From assembly GCA_965213705.1 (NCBI GenBank), contig OZ243913.1:160001-224000 (forward strand): a stretch of DNA of 64,000 nucleotides, given 5' to 3'. The translations under genes and the position numbers were made by a program. Under the pieces are notes generated by a model. The model ran no database searches. It was not told where the DNA came from and saw nothing but the letters and a program-made list of their open reading frames with translations. Shown here piece by piece: positions 44,103 through 53,406 of this stretch (position 1 is its first letter; every line of letters starts with the position of its first letter). This DNA is from Trueperaceae bacterium. GTDB taxonomy: Bacteria > Deinococcota > Deinococci > Deinococcales > Trueperaceae.

Positions 44103-45686
44103 GTGACAACCCCCTACATCACCGACATCGTCCCACCCGACAGCGTCCCACCCGACAGCGTCGACGACGGTCGGCTTGCCGCGGCCGAAGCGCTGTTCGC
44201 AGCCTGCCGCTACGAGGCGGCGTTGGCAAGTTTGGAGGGGCTGCAAGAAATCGTCCACCGCGACCTTGACAAGTTCCGGCTTTACACACTCCTCGCCGAC
44301 TGCCACGCTCGCTTGGAACAACCTGCGGTGTCGCTCCGTTACGCCCTACAGGGCCTACGACACAGCCAGTCCTTGGACAACGCCAGCCGCGCCGAGGCGC
44401 ACTATCAGGTCGGCCGCGGCTACGGCATGATGAACGCCGAAACGAACGCCCTGGAGCACCTGCTCGCCGCGCACCGGCTCTACGCCTGCGACAACGGCAG
44501 AGTGCTCAACGGGATTGCCATTTGTCACAACCTGTTGGAGGAGTACGACCAAGCCGTAAGTTTTTACCAAAAAAGTCGCGAGGCCGCCCGCCGCGAAAAC
44601 CGTCTGGACGACGAACTGACGGCCACGGCCAACCTGAGCCGAACCTACTTTTTGCAGGACAAACTGCAAGAAGCCGCCGACGAAGCGCGTTTCGGCGTCG
44701 ACTTGGCGTTTGCAAGTCGACTAAGTCAACAGCGGTATCTTTGCTTGTGTCAGCTGTTGCAGGTTTACACGACGATGAGTCGCTTTGACGACGCGCGGGC
44801 TTGCCTCGAGCAAGCCATCGCCGCAGAAGCGTCGAAAGACGTCGTAAAAGCCCCTTTTTCGGAAGCCTACTACGGCGAGTATTGTCTCAAAATTCGAGAC
44901 CTCGAGCGCGCCGAAGCTCACCTGCTCAGGGCGCTCGAGCTGACCGTCGCCTACCCGGAAGACCTCATTCGGACCCACAAACTTTTGGCCCGGCTTTTTG
45001 AGTTGAAAGACGACTACAGCCGCGCCCTGAAACATCACAAAGAGGCGCACGGCTTAGAGGTCAAACGGCTCAAAGACGCGTTTTCAAGCCGCAGCGCCGC
45101 GCTCGTCATCGAACACGAGGTCGAACGCGTGCGCCAAGAGCAAGAACGCTACCGGCAGGTGAACTTGGCGCTGACCCGAGAAGTCGAAGGGCTTGCCGAA
45201 CTCAGCCGCCGCGACGCGTTGACCGGGCTGTACAACCGCCGTTTTTTGGACGCCTACCTCGCTCAGACCTGCACCAACGCCACCGCGCTCGGGCAGTCTT
45301 TGAGCGTGCTCGCCGTCGACATCGACAATTTCAAAACCATCAACGACACCTTCTCGCACGCGGTCGGCGACGCCGTGTTGAAACGCGTCGCCGAGCTGTT
45401 CACCGCCACTTTGCGCGCCAGCGACGTGGCGGCGCGTTACGGGGGCGAAGAGTTTATCATCGTCCTGGCCGACACAGGTGTTACCGTGGGGTTGCAAGTA
45501 GCTGAGAAAGTCCGCGCGGCGGTGAGCGAACACGTTTGGGCGCAGGTCGCGCCGGGCTTGAACGTGACCGTGAGTCTCGGGCTTGCCGGCGGCTCGGCTC
45601 ACTTAGTGCCCGAACACCTGTTGGCCCAGGCCGACGTCAAGCTCTACGAAGCGAAGCGGTCCGGCAGGAACCGCACGGTTCACTGA
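44103..45686 (+). CDS. TPR-repeat diguanylate cyclase
   Basis: TPR-like helices; DALTGLYNRR, RASD I-site, GGEEF. Confidence 0.9.
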   Translation: MTTPYITDIVPPDSVPPDSVDDGRLAAAEALFAACRYEAALASLEGLQEIVHRDLDKFRLYTLLADCHARLEQPAVSLRYALQGLRHSQSLDNASRAEAHYQVGRGYGMMNAETNALEHLLAAHRLYACDNGRVLNGIAICHNLLEEYDQAVSFYQKSREAARRENRLDDELTATANLSRTYFLQDKLQEAADEARFGVDLAFASRLSQQRYLCLCQLLQVYTTMSRFDDARACLEQAIAAEASKDVVKAPFSEAYYGEYCLKIRDLERAEAHLLRALELTVAYPEDLIRTHKLLARLFELKDDYSRALKHHKEAHGLEVKRLKDAFSSRSAALVIEHEVERVRQEQERYRQVNLALTREVEGLAELSRRDALTGLYNRRFLDAYLAQTCTNATALGQSLSVLAVDIDNFKTINDTFSHAVGDAVLKRVAELFTATLRASDVAARYGGEEFIIVLADTGVTVGLQVAEKVRAAVSEHVWAQVAPGLNVTVSLGLAGGSAHLVPEHLLAQADVKLYEAKRSGRNRTVH

Positions 45687-45689
45687 GTT

Positions 45690-45794
45690 GCCGCGTACTG
45701 GGCAGCCACGTACCGAGCAGCCGCATACCGAACAGCCGCGTACCGGGCAGTGACGTACCGAACAGTGACGTTTTCGACAGTGGGGTTCCGAAGA
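45690..45794. repeat. Degenerate 15-bp tandem repeat (about 7 units)
   Basis: gccgcgtactgggca / gccacgtaccgagca / gccgcataccgaaca / gccgcgtaccgggca / gtgacgtaccgaaca…. Confidence 0.8.
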
Positions 45795-45818
45795 TTCTCG
45801 GTTTCAGGCCCTTGCGCC

Positions 45819-45851
45819 GTCAGATTTCTGTGACAGCTGCACATTTATACT
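45819..45851 (+). promoter_or_regulatory. Direct-repeat box GTCAG-ATTTCT-GTGAC (45819-45834) plus -10 TATACT (45846-45851)
   Basis: 11-nt spacing; upstream of the PAS-GAF-GGDEF-EAL gene. Confidence 0.75.
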
Positions 45852-45934
45852 CGGTTTATATTGAAGGTCTAGGAGAACCATGTCTAAGGCGTCTTCCCAA
45901 CCCAACTTTTGCGCCGTCCCAGGAAAAGGCTGAC

Positions 45935-48784
45935 GTGTCGGGCGAACCCCTCATGACGTTCCTGGAAGAAGGCGCGCGCCGCGCAGCTCCGCGCAGTTCC
46001 CGCGGCGAGCGCGGCTGGGTCGGCAACGTACCCCAGGGCCATGAAGGCTACCGCCGAATTTTCGAGAACGCCACCGAAGGCATTTACCGCTCGAGCCCCG
46101 ACGGCACCCAGGTGCGCGCCAACCCCGCGCTCGTCAAACTCAACGGCTACGAGACCGAAGCGGCGATGCTCGAGCAGGTCAACAGCATCGCTCGTGAGTG
46201 GTACGTCGAGCCCGAACGCCGCGCCGAGTTCCAGCGGCTGCTCATGGCGCAGGGCCGGGTCGAAAACTTCGAGTCGGAAATTTACCGCCACAAAACCCGG
46301 GAACGCATCTGGGTGTCGGAAAACGCCTGGCTCGTGCGCGACGCCTTAGGGGAAGTGCTGTACTACGAGGGCACCGTCGAGGACATCACGGTTCGCAAGC
46401 GCTTCGAAATTTTCCGGGACGTGCTGATGGAGTTCGTCGAAGACACGCTGCAGCGCGGCCTCGACCAAAGCTTTTACCAGCGGCTTTTGGAGCGCACCGT
46501 CAGCACCGTGCCCGACGCCCAGGCCGGGTCGATTCTACTCAAAGACCCCCAGGGCTGCTTTTGTTTCGTGGCGGCGGTCAACTTTGACTTGGCGGGGTTG
46601 CAAAAGCTCGTTTTCTACCCGCACGAGTTCCTTATCGACCTGGGAAACCTAGACCCGCAGCGCGTCTACGACTACAACAGCGCGCCGCTGCCCGAAGCGG
46701 AGCGCCAGCACATTTTGGAAACCGCGGGCCGCGTCAACGACCTCAAAACCTCGCTGTCGGTGCCGATTGCTTTAGACGGCGAGGTCATCGCTTTTTTGCA
46801 CCTCAACAACTTTGAAAACAAAAACGCCTTCAGCAACGACGACTTGGACCTCACCAAGCTGTTCGCCCGGCAGGTCGCGGCGCTCCTCAAGCGGCTCAAA
46901 CTGGAAACCGAACTGCGCACGCGCCAGAGTGAGCTGGAGCGCTGGGCGACCTTTCGCAGCGAACTCAACCACTTTATGGTCGAAACTTTGGAGCAAGGCT
47001 TCAGCGATACTTTTTACCAGCGCTTGCTGGACCACGCCGCGCGGGCCATTCCCGGCGCCGAGGCGGGCAGCATCCTGGTCAAAAACGCTCACGGCGACTA
47101 CGAGTTCGTCGCCACGCTGAACTACGACCTAGAGGCGCTGCGCAAGGTGACTTTCAAACCTCACGAACTCATCGAAGCAGCCTCCGACAAACCGCTCGTC
47201 GCGGACAACTTGGCCGAACACTGCGACGAGGTGTTTGCCGACGAACGCCTCGCCATCCTCATCGAGGTCGGGCGGTTGAACGACATCAAGTCGTTTTTGT
47301 CCTTGCCGGTCGTGGTCGGCGGCGAGGTGGTCGCCGCGCTCAACTTGGACGCTTTTTCGCTGCACGCCTTCAGCGAGGAAGCCACCCTCATGGCCGACAC
47401 CTTCGCCACGCAAATCGGCGTCGTGCTGCAGCGCTTGAGGCTCGAGGAAACGCTCGCCGCCACCAACCGCAAACTCGCCAAGCTCGCCAACTTCGACCCC
47501 CTGACCGGTCTGCCCAACCGCGCGCTCTTTACCGACCGGCTGGGGCAAGCGCTGCTCAAGGCCGAACGCCACAAAAGCGGCGTCGGCTTGCTGTTCCTGG
47601 ACTTGGACGGCTTCAAACTCGTCAACGACAGTTTGGGCCACAGCGTCGGCGACACGCTGCTCGGGGCGGTGGGTGACCGCCTGAAAAGCTGTATCCGCGA
47701 AGGCGACACGGTGGCGCGCTTGGGCGGCGACGAGTTCACCCTCGTCTTGAACACTTTGGCAAACGCCGAGGACGCCGCCCTGGTCGCTCAAAAAGTCCTG
47801 GACACGCTGAGCGCGCCTTTTTGTTTGAACGGGCGAGCCGTTCACGTCGGCGCGAGCATCGGCATCACCACCTATCCCCAGGACGGGGCCGACGTCGAGC
47901 ACCTGGTCAAACACGCCGACACCGCGATGTACCACGCCAAACACCTGGGCAAAAACCGTTACCACTTTTTTACGCCGGAGCTGAACAGCCGCGTTTTGGA
48001 GCAACTGCACTTGGAGGGCGACCTGCGCCGCGCGCTCGACACAGGCGACATCAGCCTGGCTTACCAGTCCCGCGTTCACCTGGCGTCGGGGCGGATGACG
48101 AGCGTCGAGGCTTTGGCGAGGTGGAACCACCCGGAGCGCGGACCCGTCTCACCGGCGGTTTTTATCCCGCTGGCCGAGCGCACCGGTTTGATTCACAAAC
48201 TCGGGCGGCTCGTGCTGGTGCAGGCGTGTCGACAAGCGCGCGCGTGGCAACAAGCGGGCAAGTCGGTGCGCGTGGCGGTAAACTTGTCGGTCAAACAGTT
48301 GCAGCAAGAAAACATCGTCGCCGACGTCGCGGCCGTTCTGGCCGAGACCGGTCTGCCGGCGGGACTGCTCGAGCTGGAAATCACCGAAAGCGCCGCCATG
48401 AACGACGTCGAGACGAACATCGACACCTTGACCCGGTTGCGAAACATGGGTGTGTACCTGTCCGTCGACGACTTTGGCACGGCGTACTCGTCCCTAAACT
48501 ACCTCAAACGCTTGCCCATCAACAGCCTCAAAATAGACCAGTCTTTCGTCCGCGACATCGGCGTCAACGCGGCCGACGCGGCTATCGTGCGGGCGGTCGT
48601 GGCGCTCGGCAAAAGCATGAACTTCACCCTCATCGCCGAAGGCGTGGAAACCGAACACCAGCTCACTTTTCTGCGCGACCTGGCTTGTGACGAGGCCCAG
48701 GGCTACTTGTTCAGCCGCCCGAAACCCGCCGAGGACTTCGCCGCCGACCGCAAAGCGCTGGGGTTGGAAACCGCCTGGCGCTGA
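45935..48784 (+). CDS. PAS-GAF-GAF-GGDEF-EAL c-di-GMP cyclase/phosphodiesterase
   Basis: PAS (FENATEGIY), two similar GAF blocks, GGDEF, VEALARW, DDFGTAYSSL; start uncertain (45935 GTG or 45953 ATG). Confidence 0.92.
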   Translation: MSGEPLMTFLEEGARRAAPRSSRGERGWVGNVPQGHEGYRRIFENATEGIYRSSPDGTQVRANPALVKLNGYETEAAMLEQVNSIAREWYVEPERRAEFQRLLMAQGRVENFESEIYRHKTRERIWVSENAWLVRDALGEVLYYEGTVEDITVRKRFEIFRDVLMEFVEDTLQRGLDQSFYQRLLERTVSTVPDAQAGSILLKDPQGCFCFVAAVNFDLAGLQKLVFYPHEFLIDLGNLDPQRVYDYNSAPLPEAERQHILETAGRVNDLKTSLSVPIALDGEVIAFLHLNNFENKNAFSNDDLDLTKLFARQVAALLKRLKLETELRTRQSELERWATFRSELNHFMVETLEQGFSDTFYQRLLDHAARAIPGAEAGSILVKNAHGDYEFVATLNYDLEALRKVTFKPHELIEAASDKPLVADNLAEHCDEVFADERLAILIEVGRLNDIKSFLSLPVVVGGEVVAALNLDAFSLHAFSEEATLMADTFATQIGVVLQRLRLEETLAATNRKLAKLANFDPLTGLPNRALFTDRLGQALLKAERHKSGVGLLFLDLDGFKLVNDSLGHSVGDTLLGAVGDRLKSCIREGDTVARLGGDEFTLVLNTLANAEDAALVAQKVLDTLSAPFCLNGRAVHVGASIGITTYPQDGADVEHLVKHADTAMYHAKHLGKNRYHFFTPELNSRVLEQLHLEGDLRRALDTGDISLAYQSRVHLASGRMTSVEALARWNHPERGPVSPAVFIPLAERTGLIHKLGRLVLVQACRQARAWQQAGKSVRVAVNLSVKQLQQENIVADVAAVLAETGLPAGLLELEITESAAMNDVETNIDTLTRLRNMGVYLSVDDFGTAYSSLNYLKRLPINSLKIDQSFVRDIGVNAADAAIVRAVVALGKSMNFTLIAEGVETEHQLTFLRDLACDEAQGYLFSRPKPAEDFAADRKALGLETAWR

Positions 48785-48810
48785 GCTTTTTTCAAAGAGC
48801 CTCCGGGTGA

Positions 48811-48839
48811 GTAGGGGCGGGTTTTAAACCCGCCCCTAC
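48811..48839. repeat. GTAG-type REP palindrome
   Basis: GTAGGGGCGGGTTT-T-AAACCCGCCCCTAC perfect inverted repeat. Confidence 0.75.
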
Positions 48840-48908
48840 GGCGCACCGAAAAAGGGCACTCAGAACCGCAATTTTCGAGCCGTGTCCAGTTTGGATTCTC
48901 GAGGCTTC

Positions 48909-49043
48909 ATACGGATTCTGATCGATTTGTTTGCAAGCGAATCAATCCGAGCGTGGCGAGGAGGAACAGAGACACGGACTCGAGCGGTACGGAATAGCGC
49001 CGAACGTTTTTCTCGGCGCTATGGAATTTAGCGGAATCCGTAT
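48909..49043. mobile_element. 135-bp non-autonomous element resembling Deinococcus SRE/SNR repeats
   Basis: Terminal inverted repeats ATACGGATTC…GAATCCGTAT, two internal hairpins; abuts the DUF3810 stop codon. Confidence 0.65.
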
Positions 49044-50134
49044 CAATCAGCCAACAGACCCCGCCGCTGCGCCGCCGCCAACAAGGTCACGCTGCGCGAG
49101 TAGTCCCGTACGCCCGCCGCGACGCCCTGCGTTTTTAGGTAGCGGTCGTAGGTGCGGCGCTGCCAGGCGCTTAAAAACGCAGGCGGCCGGTAGCGCTGAA
49201 AGGGTGCGGACAGCGCCGCCAAGTCTTGCCGGGCAACCTCGGGCAGGGCGGCGTAAGCGGCGGTTCGCACTTCTCGGGGCACCTGCGCGGCCACGCCCTG
49301 CCACACCCGCAGCGCGACCGCGTAGCGCGCGAACGTGTCTCCCGCGCGCAGACCGGCCACCGTGGAGACAAAGTCCGCGTCCGCCTCGCCCGCGTAACCG
49401 GCGACGTGGGCGAGTTCGTGCGCGCCCACCGCGACGCGGCCCCACGCGGGCAGCGCGCCGTCCACGTGCGGTTCTAAAGTCAGCGGCGAGGCGATGCCCG
49501 ACGCGCCGCCCGACAAGATGAGCAGGCCCGGCCAGGTGCGTTTGACCCGCGCAGGTAACGTCGGGGTGACCTGGGTCGTCTCGAGCACGACTCCCTGCAA
49601 CGCTTCTCGCACCGCCCTCAGCGCCGCGGCCTCGTCCCTGGGCGCGGCGGCACCAGTTTGAACGACCCGCGTCAGCTTGGCTAAAAGAGCTTCCAAATCG
49701 GCCTGCGTTACGGCCTCGTCCTGCAACCCGAACTGCGTCTCGACCGACGCCCGGCGGTAGTTCGCGCCCCACAGGACGACAAACAGCAGAAAAACCGCCG
49801 CCAAACCGACGGCGGTGCGCCACAGCGTTTGCACAAACCAGCGCGGCGCGTTTTTCTTGCGCCGCCAGCTCACACCCAAACTCAGCAACCACACGAGCGG
49901 CAAAAAGACGACGAGCATTGCGCCCAGCGACACCGGCACGCTGTTCGTGACGGGCACGACGACGCCCGCCAGCGCCGGGTAGAGGCCGCGGCTGTACCAG
50001 CTTTCGACTCGTTCCGGGCCGGGGCTCCACACCAGCCACAACAAGGCTAAAGCGATAGCGCCGCCCCCCAGCACGAAGGGGAGAAATTGCAAGCCTCTCC
50101 CCTTTTGCGTTTTGGAACGGACTCGAGCCGACAC
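49043..50134 (-). CDS. DUF3810-like membrane protein with HExxH
   Basis: VESWYSRGLYP, LWGANYRR, AHELAHVAGY. Confidence 0.8.
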   Translation of the reverse strand: MSARVRSKTQKGRGLQFLPFVLGGGAIALALLWLVWSPGPERVESWYSRGLYPALAGVVVPVTNSVPVSLGAMLVVFLPLVWLLSLGVSWRRKKNAPRWFVQTLWRTAVGLAAVFLLFVVLWGANYRRASVETQFGLQDEAVTQADLEALLAKLTRVVQTGAAAPRDEAAALRAVREALQGVVLETTQVTPTLPARVKRTWPGLLILSGGASGIASPLTLEPHVDGALPAWGRVAVGAHELAHVAGYAGEADADFVSTVAGLRAGDTFARYAVALRVWQGVAAQVPREVRTAAYAALPEVARQDLAALSAPFQRYRPPAFLSAWQRRTYDRYLKTQGVAAGVRDYSRSVTLLAAAQRRGLLAD

Positions 50135-50144
50135 GCCCTGAAGT

Positions 50145-51203
50145 TTAGCGTATCCCTTTTTGCGCCAAGTAATCTTTGAGCGCGTCCACCCCCGCCTGCC
50201 ACACCGTTTCCGACAAGTAAGGCTTGAAGCCGAGCGCGCGGTTGATTTTGAGCATCGGCACGTTCTCGTCGGCGTTGCCGGTGCGGACGAACTTTACATC
50301 GGGGCGTTCGCTCAAGACTTTCGTGAGCATGGCCGCTTTCAACCACTTGCCGAGCCCGTGGCCGCGGTACTCGGGCAACACGCCGGTATCACCCTGGTAA
50401 AGCGTCTCGGGCGTTTCGGGGTCGATGAAGAGGGCGGTGTACCCGGCCAACTTGCCCGAGGCGTGCCGCGCGTAGAGCGTCCAGCGCTCGACGCCCTGCG
50501 CCGCCTGATACGCCTCCCGTTGGCGTAAGTGCTCGGGCGTGACGGTAAAGTCCTCAATCTCCAAGTCGCCCATCGGCGCGGTGTTCATGACCGTGTGCAA
50601 GTCGGCGATGGCCGCCAGTTCGTCCTCGGGGTAGGGACCCATCCACAAGCCAACCGTGAAGTCGCGTGCACTCTCCCGCGCACTTTCCTGCCAGTCGCGG
50701 AGAAGGTCGGGCGAGAGGTCGGCCAAAACGAGCCGGTTCGTGTGCGCTGTCAGCCCCGCTTTGGCCCCGACGTCCTCGGCGAAAGGAACCCCTGCGGGGG
50801 CGTTGGCGTGCGTAAAACTTATCAACAGGCTGCGGTCATTCGCCTCAGCGAGTTGGACGGCTTTCTCCAGGAGCGCCGTGCCGAGCCCGCGCCGCCGGTA
50901 AACGGGCAAGACGTTCAAATTGACGTCCATGAGGTGCCGGTTGTCCTCGCGGTGGGCAACGGTGGCGAACAGTTCGGCCACCACCTCACCCTCTCGGACG
51001 GCCTCCCAAACTTGAATATCGACGTCTTCAAAAACTTGCCAGCCCTTAGCGTTGTTGACCGTGGCCTGGAGCGTTCGCGGCGGGTCGTCCGGGTGGGCCT
51101 CGGCGCGAATCAGGTTTAGAAACGTGTGCCGCGCGGCAAAGTCGGCCTCGGTCGCCGTTTGCGGGTCGAAGCGGGTCAGGGTGTAGGTTTTGTCGAGAAT
51201 CAC
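50145..51203 (-). CDS. GNAT N-acetyltransferase (tandem domain)
   Basis: VLPVYRRRGLG and VLPEYRGHGLG…NVPMLKINRALGF. Confidence 0.9.
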   Translation of the reverse strand: MILDKTYTLTRFDPQTATEADFAARHTFLNLIRAEAHPDDPPRTLQATVNNAKGWQVFEDVDIQVWEAVREGEVVAELFATVAHREDNRHLMDVNLNVLPVYRRRGLGTALLEKAVQLAEANDRSLLISFTHANAPAGVPFAEDVGAKAGLTAHTNRLVLADLSPDLLRDWQESARESARDFTVGLWMGPYPEDELAAIADLHTVMNTAPMGDLEIEDFTVTPEHLRQREAYQAAQGVERWTLYARHASGKLAGYTALFIDPETPETLYQGDTGVLPEYRGHGLGKWLKAAMLTKVLSERPDVKFVRTGNADENVPMLKINRALGFKPYLSETVWQAGVDALKDYLAQKGIR

Positions 51204-52276
51204 AGGGTCACTCCTTTTTCGTCATGCTCAAAAGTGCGAGAGGGGTTCGCCAGCTTCGGCCGAACGTCGGCCACGTTCACTTGCCACACCGTGTGGGCGA
51301 TGTAAGGCCTAAAGCCCAAGCGGCGGTTGATGGACAGCATCGGCGCGTTCACGTCGGCGTTGCCGGTGCGAACCAGGGTAACTTGAGGGCGTTCGGCCAG
51401 GACTTTTAAGAGCATCGCCGCCTTGAGCCACTTGCCCAAACCGTGCCCGCGAAACTTCGGCTTGACCGCCGTACCCCACTGCCGCACGAGGGTCGGCATG
51501 TCCGCTTGCCAGGCGGTGGTGCTGAACCCGGCCAGTTCACCCGTGGCGCGGTGACGCACGTAGTATTCCCAGACTTCGGTGCCGGTTTTGGCGAGGTAAG
51601 CCTCGTCCTCGCGCAAGCGTTGCGGCGTGGCCTCGAAGTCCTCGATTTCCAAACTCCCGCGCGGCTCGGTGTTCATCACGTTCATCAGCTCGGCGATGGC
51701 CGCCAACTCGTCTTCGGGATAGGTGGCCGGCCACAAGCCTATTTCGAAGTCGGCGGCGCTCAAAGCCGCTTCCTCGCACCAGGTCTGCAGCAGCGAGCGG
51801 TCCAGGTCGGCCAAAACGAGCTGGTTCGTGTGGTTGGTGATGCCCATGCGCGCGCCGAGTTTGCCGGCGAACGCCTCACCCGCGGGCACGGTCGAACTCG
51901 AGTCGAACACGAGCAAGCTGCGCGCCTCCTGTTCGGCCAGCTTCACCTGTTCGGCCAGCAAGCTCCAGGCCAAACCCCGACGCCGGTATTCGGGCAAAAC
52001 GTAGATGTCGGGCTCGAGCAGGTGCCGGTTATCCGCCAGCGGCAGCCCCGCGACGGCTCTCGCGACCGGTTCCGCGCCGTCCCACAGCAGCTAATAGTGT
52101 TGCTTAAAGTCCGTAAACTCTGCTAGGCCCTCAAACGTCCGGCGGTGGTAGGCGGGGGTGAGCGGCGGGTCGTCCGGCAGTATTTCAGCGCGCAACTTGT
52201 TGACCAAGCGCGTGTAGGCCTCTAAGTCGGCGTCGCTTATCGTCTTCGTGTCCAATTTTTGCAGTCTGAGGTTCAT
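51200..52276 (-). pseudogene. Tandem GNAT acetyltransferase interrupted by one in-frame TAG (52091-52093)
   Basis: The 61-aa and 265-aa ORFs share a frame: …KQHY*LLWDGAEPVARAVAGLPLADNRHLLEPDIYVLPEYRRRG. Confidence 0.85.
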
Positions 52277-52518
52277 GTTCGTCCTTGTCCGGCGCGGCGT
52301 TCGTTGCCGCGCTTGAAGTTGCCCGTGAGTTTCGCCATGAGCAGTTGCGCGTCCGTTTCAGAAGCGCCCCCTACGGCGGCGGTGAAACGTTCGGCCTCTC
52401 GCCCTTTCAAAATCTTTACCTGTTTGCCTTCGTAAGAAAGAAACACTTTGCCGTCTTTGCTCGTTCGGTAAGCGAAAGGTCGAGCGTCCAACCTCTCACG
52501 CTTGTCGGTGGTGCTCAT
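52273..52518 (-). CDS. Small basic hypothetical protein (81 aa)
   Basis: ATGA overlaps at both ends; PFAYRTSKDGKVF…QLLMAKLTGNFKRGNER. Confidence 0.75.
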   Translation of the reverse strand: MSTTDKRERLDARPFAYRTSKDGKVFLSYEGKQVKILKGREAERFTAAVGGASETDAQLLMAKLTGNFKRGNERRAGQGRT

Positions 52519-53405
52519 GCGGGTTCTTTCGTGAGGGTGTACTCGAGTTCCTCGAACACCTCGCGAAAACCCAAAGATTTGTAGAGGCGTTCGGCAGCCG
52601 GGTTGTCCCGGTCGTGGCACACTTTGGCGAGCGTCGCGCCGTGTTTTTGCATACGCCGCAAGCCCTCAGACAACATCAGCTTGCCCAGCCCTCGTCGGTA
52701 AAAGTCTGGATGAGTGCGCACCGGTTCGAAGACGCCGATTTTGTTCACCGCGTCCAGCCAAACAATGCACTCCGCCGCGAGGCGACCGTCCGGGGCTTGG
52801 ACGACGAGGTGCAAGTCCTGGCGGTAGAGGGGCGTCTCCCTGACTTTTTTCAGGGCGGCAGCTTTTTGATGAAGGACGGGGGTGCCGCCGTCGACCAAGT
52901 CCTCGTCACGAAGGCTGCGGACGCTGTACCCGGCGGGCGGCTCGAGCAGAGCGGGAGGGGATAGCTCGAGCATCGTCTGCACCATCGCCTTACCACTCAG
53001 CGCGAAACCCGCCTGTTCCGCCAACGTGCGCAACGTGCCGTGGCTGTCCCGAACGAAAACCGAACGGGTTCCGCCGTCACTCGCCATCCGTTTCAGACCG
53101 TCCAGGCCCCACCGAAACATCTCGCCGACAACTTCATGCCCGTCGCCCAAGCTCGGCAAAAACTCATAGTCGAAGGCGCGGTAGTCCGTCGAGAGCAACC
53201 CGAAGGCCAGCACTTTTTCCTCGTCTTCCCAGAACATTTGCTTGCCAGGCTCGCGGTAATCGCCGTCGCGCCACCACCAGTTGAGGTCGCCTGCGTCGTA
53301 AAGGCCCGCGTACTTGTCGTCTTGACGAAAAGCGGTCATGGCTTCGGTTACTTTTTCCAAGTAAACGCGGTCCGCGTAGCCGCGCTTGTTTATCACGGTC
53401 GGCAT
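52515..53405 (-). CDS. GNAT N-acetyltransferase
   Basis: FEPVRTHPDFYRRGLG, NPAAERLYKSLGF; GGAGG RBS. Confidence 0.88.
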   Translation of the reverse strand: MPTVINKRGYADRVYLEKVTEAMTAFRQDDKYAGLYDAGDLNWWWRDGDYREPGKQMFWEDEEKVLAFGLLSTDYRAFDYEFLPSLGDGHEVVGEMFRWGLDGLKRMASDGGTRSVFVRDSHGTLRTLAEQAGFALSGKAMVQTMLELSPPALLEPPAGYSVRSLRDEDLVDGGTPVLHQKAAALKKVRETPLYRQDLHLVVQAPDGRLAAECIVWLDAVNKIGVFEPVRTHPDFYRRGLGKLMLSEGLRRMQKHGATLAKVCHDRDNPAAERLYKSLGFREVFEELEYTLTKEPA

Positions 53406-53406
53406 G

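Noticed and set aside
45690..45794. Repeat array as a possible CRISPR
   Set aside because: 15-bp head-to-tail degenerate units with no spacers and no cas genes
45536..45934. N-terminal extension of the 1082-aa ORF
   Set aside because: It overlaps the upstream gene and runs through the tandem repeat and the promoter
52091..52093. Pyrrolysine or TAG reassignment
   Set aside because: TAG terminates several intact genes in the window and no pyl genes are visible
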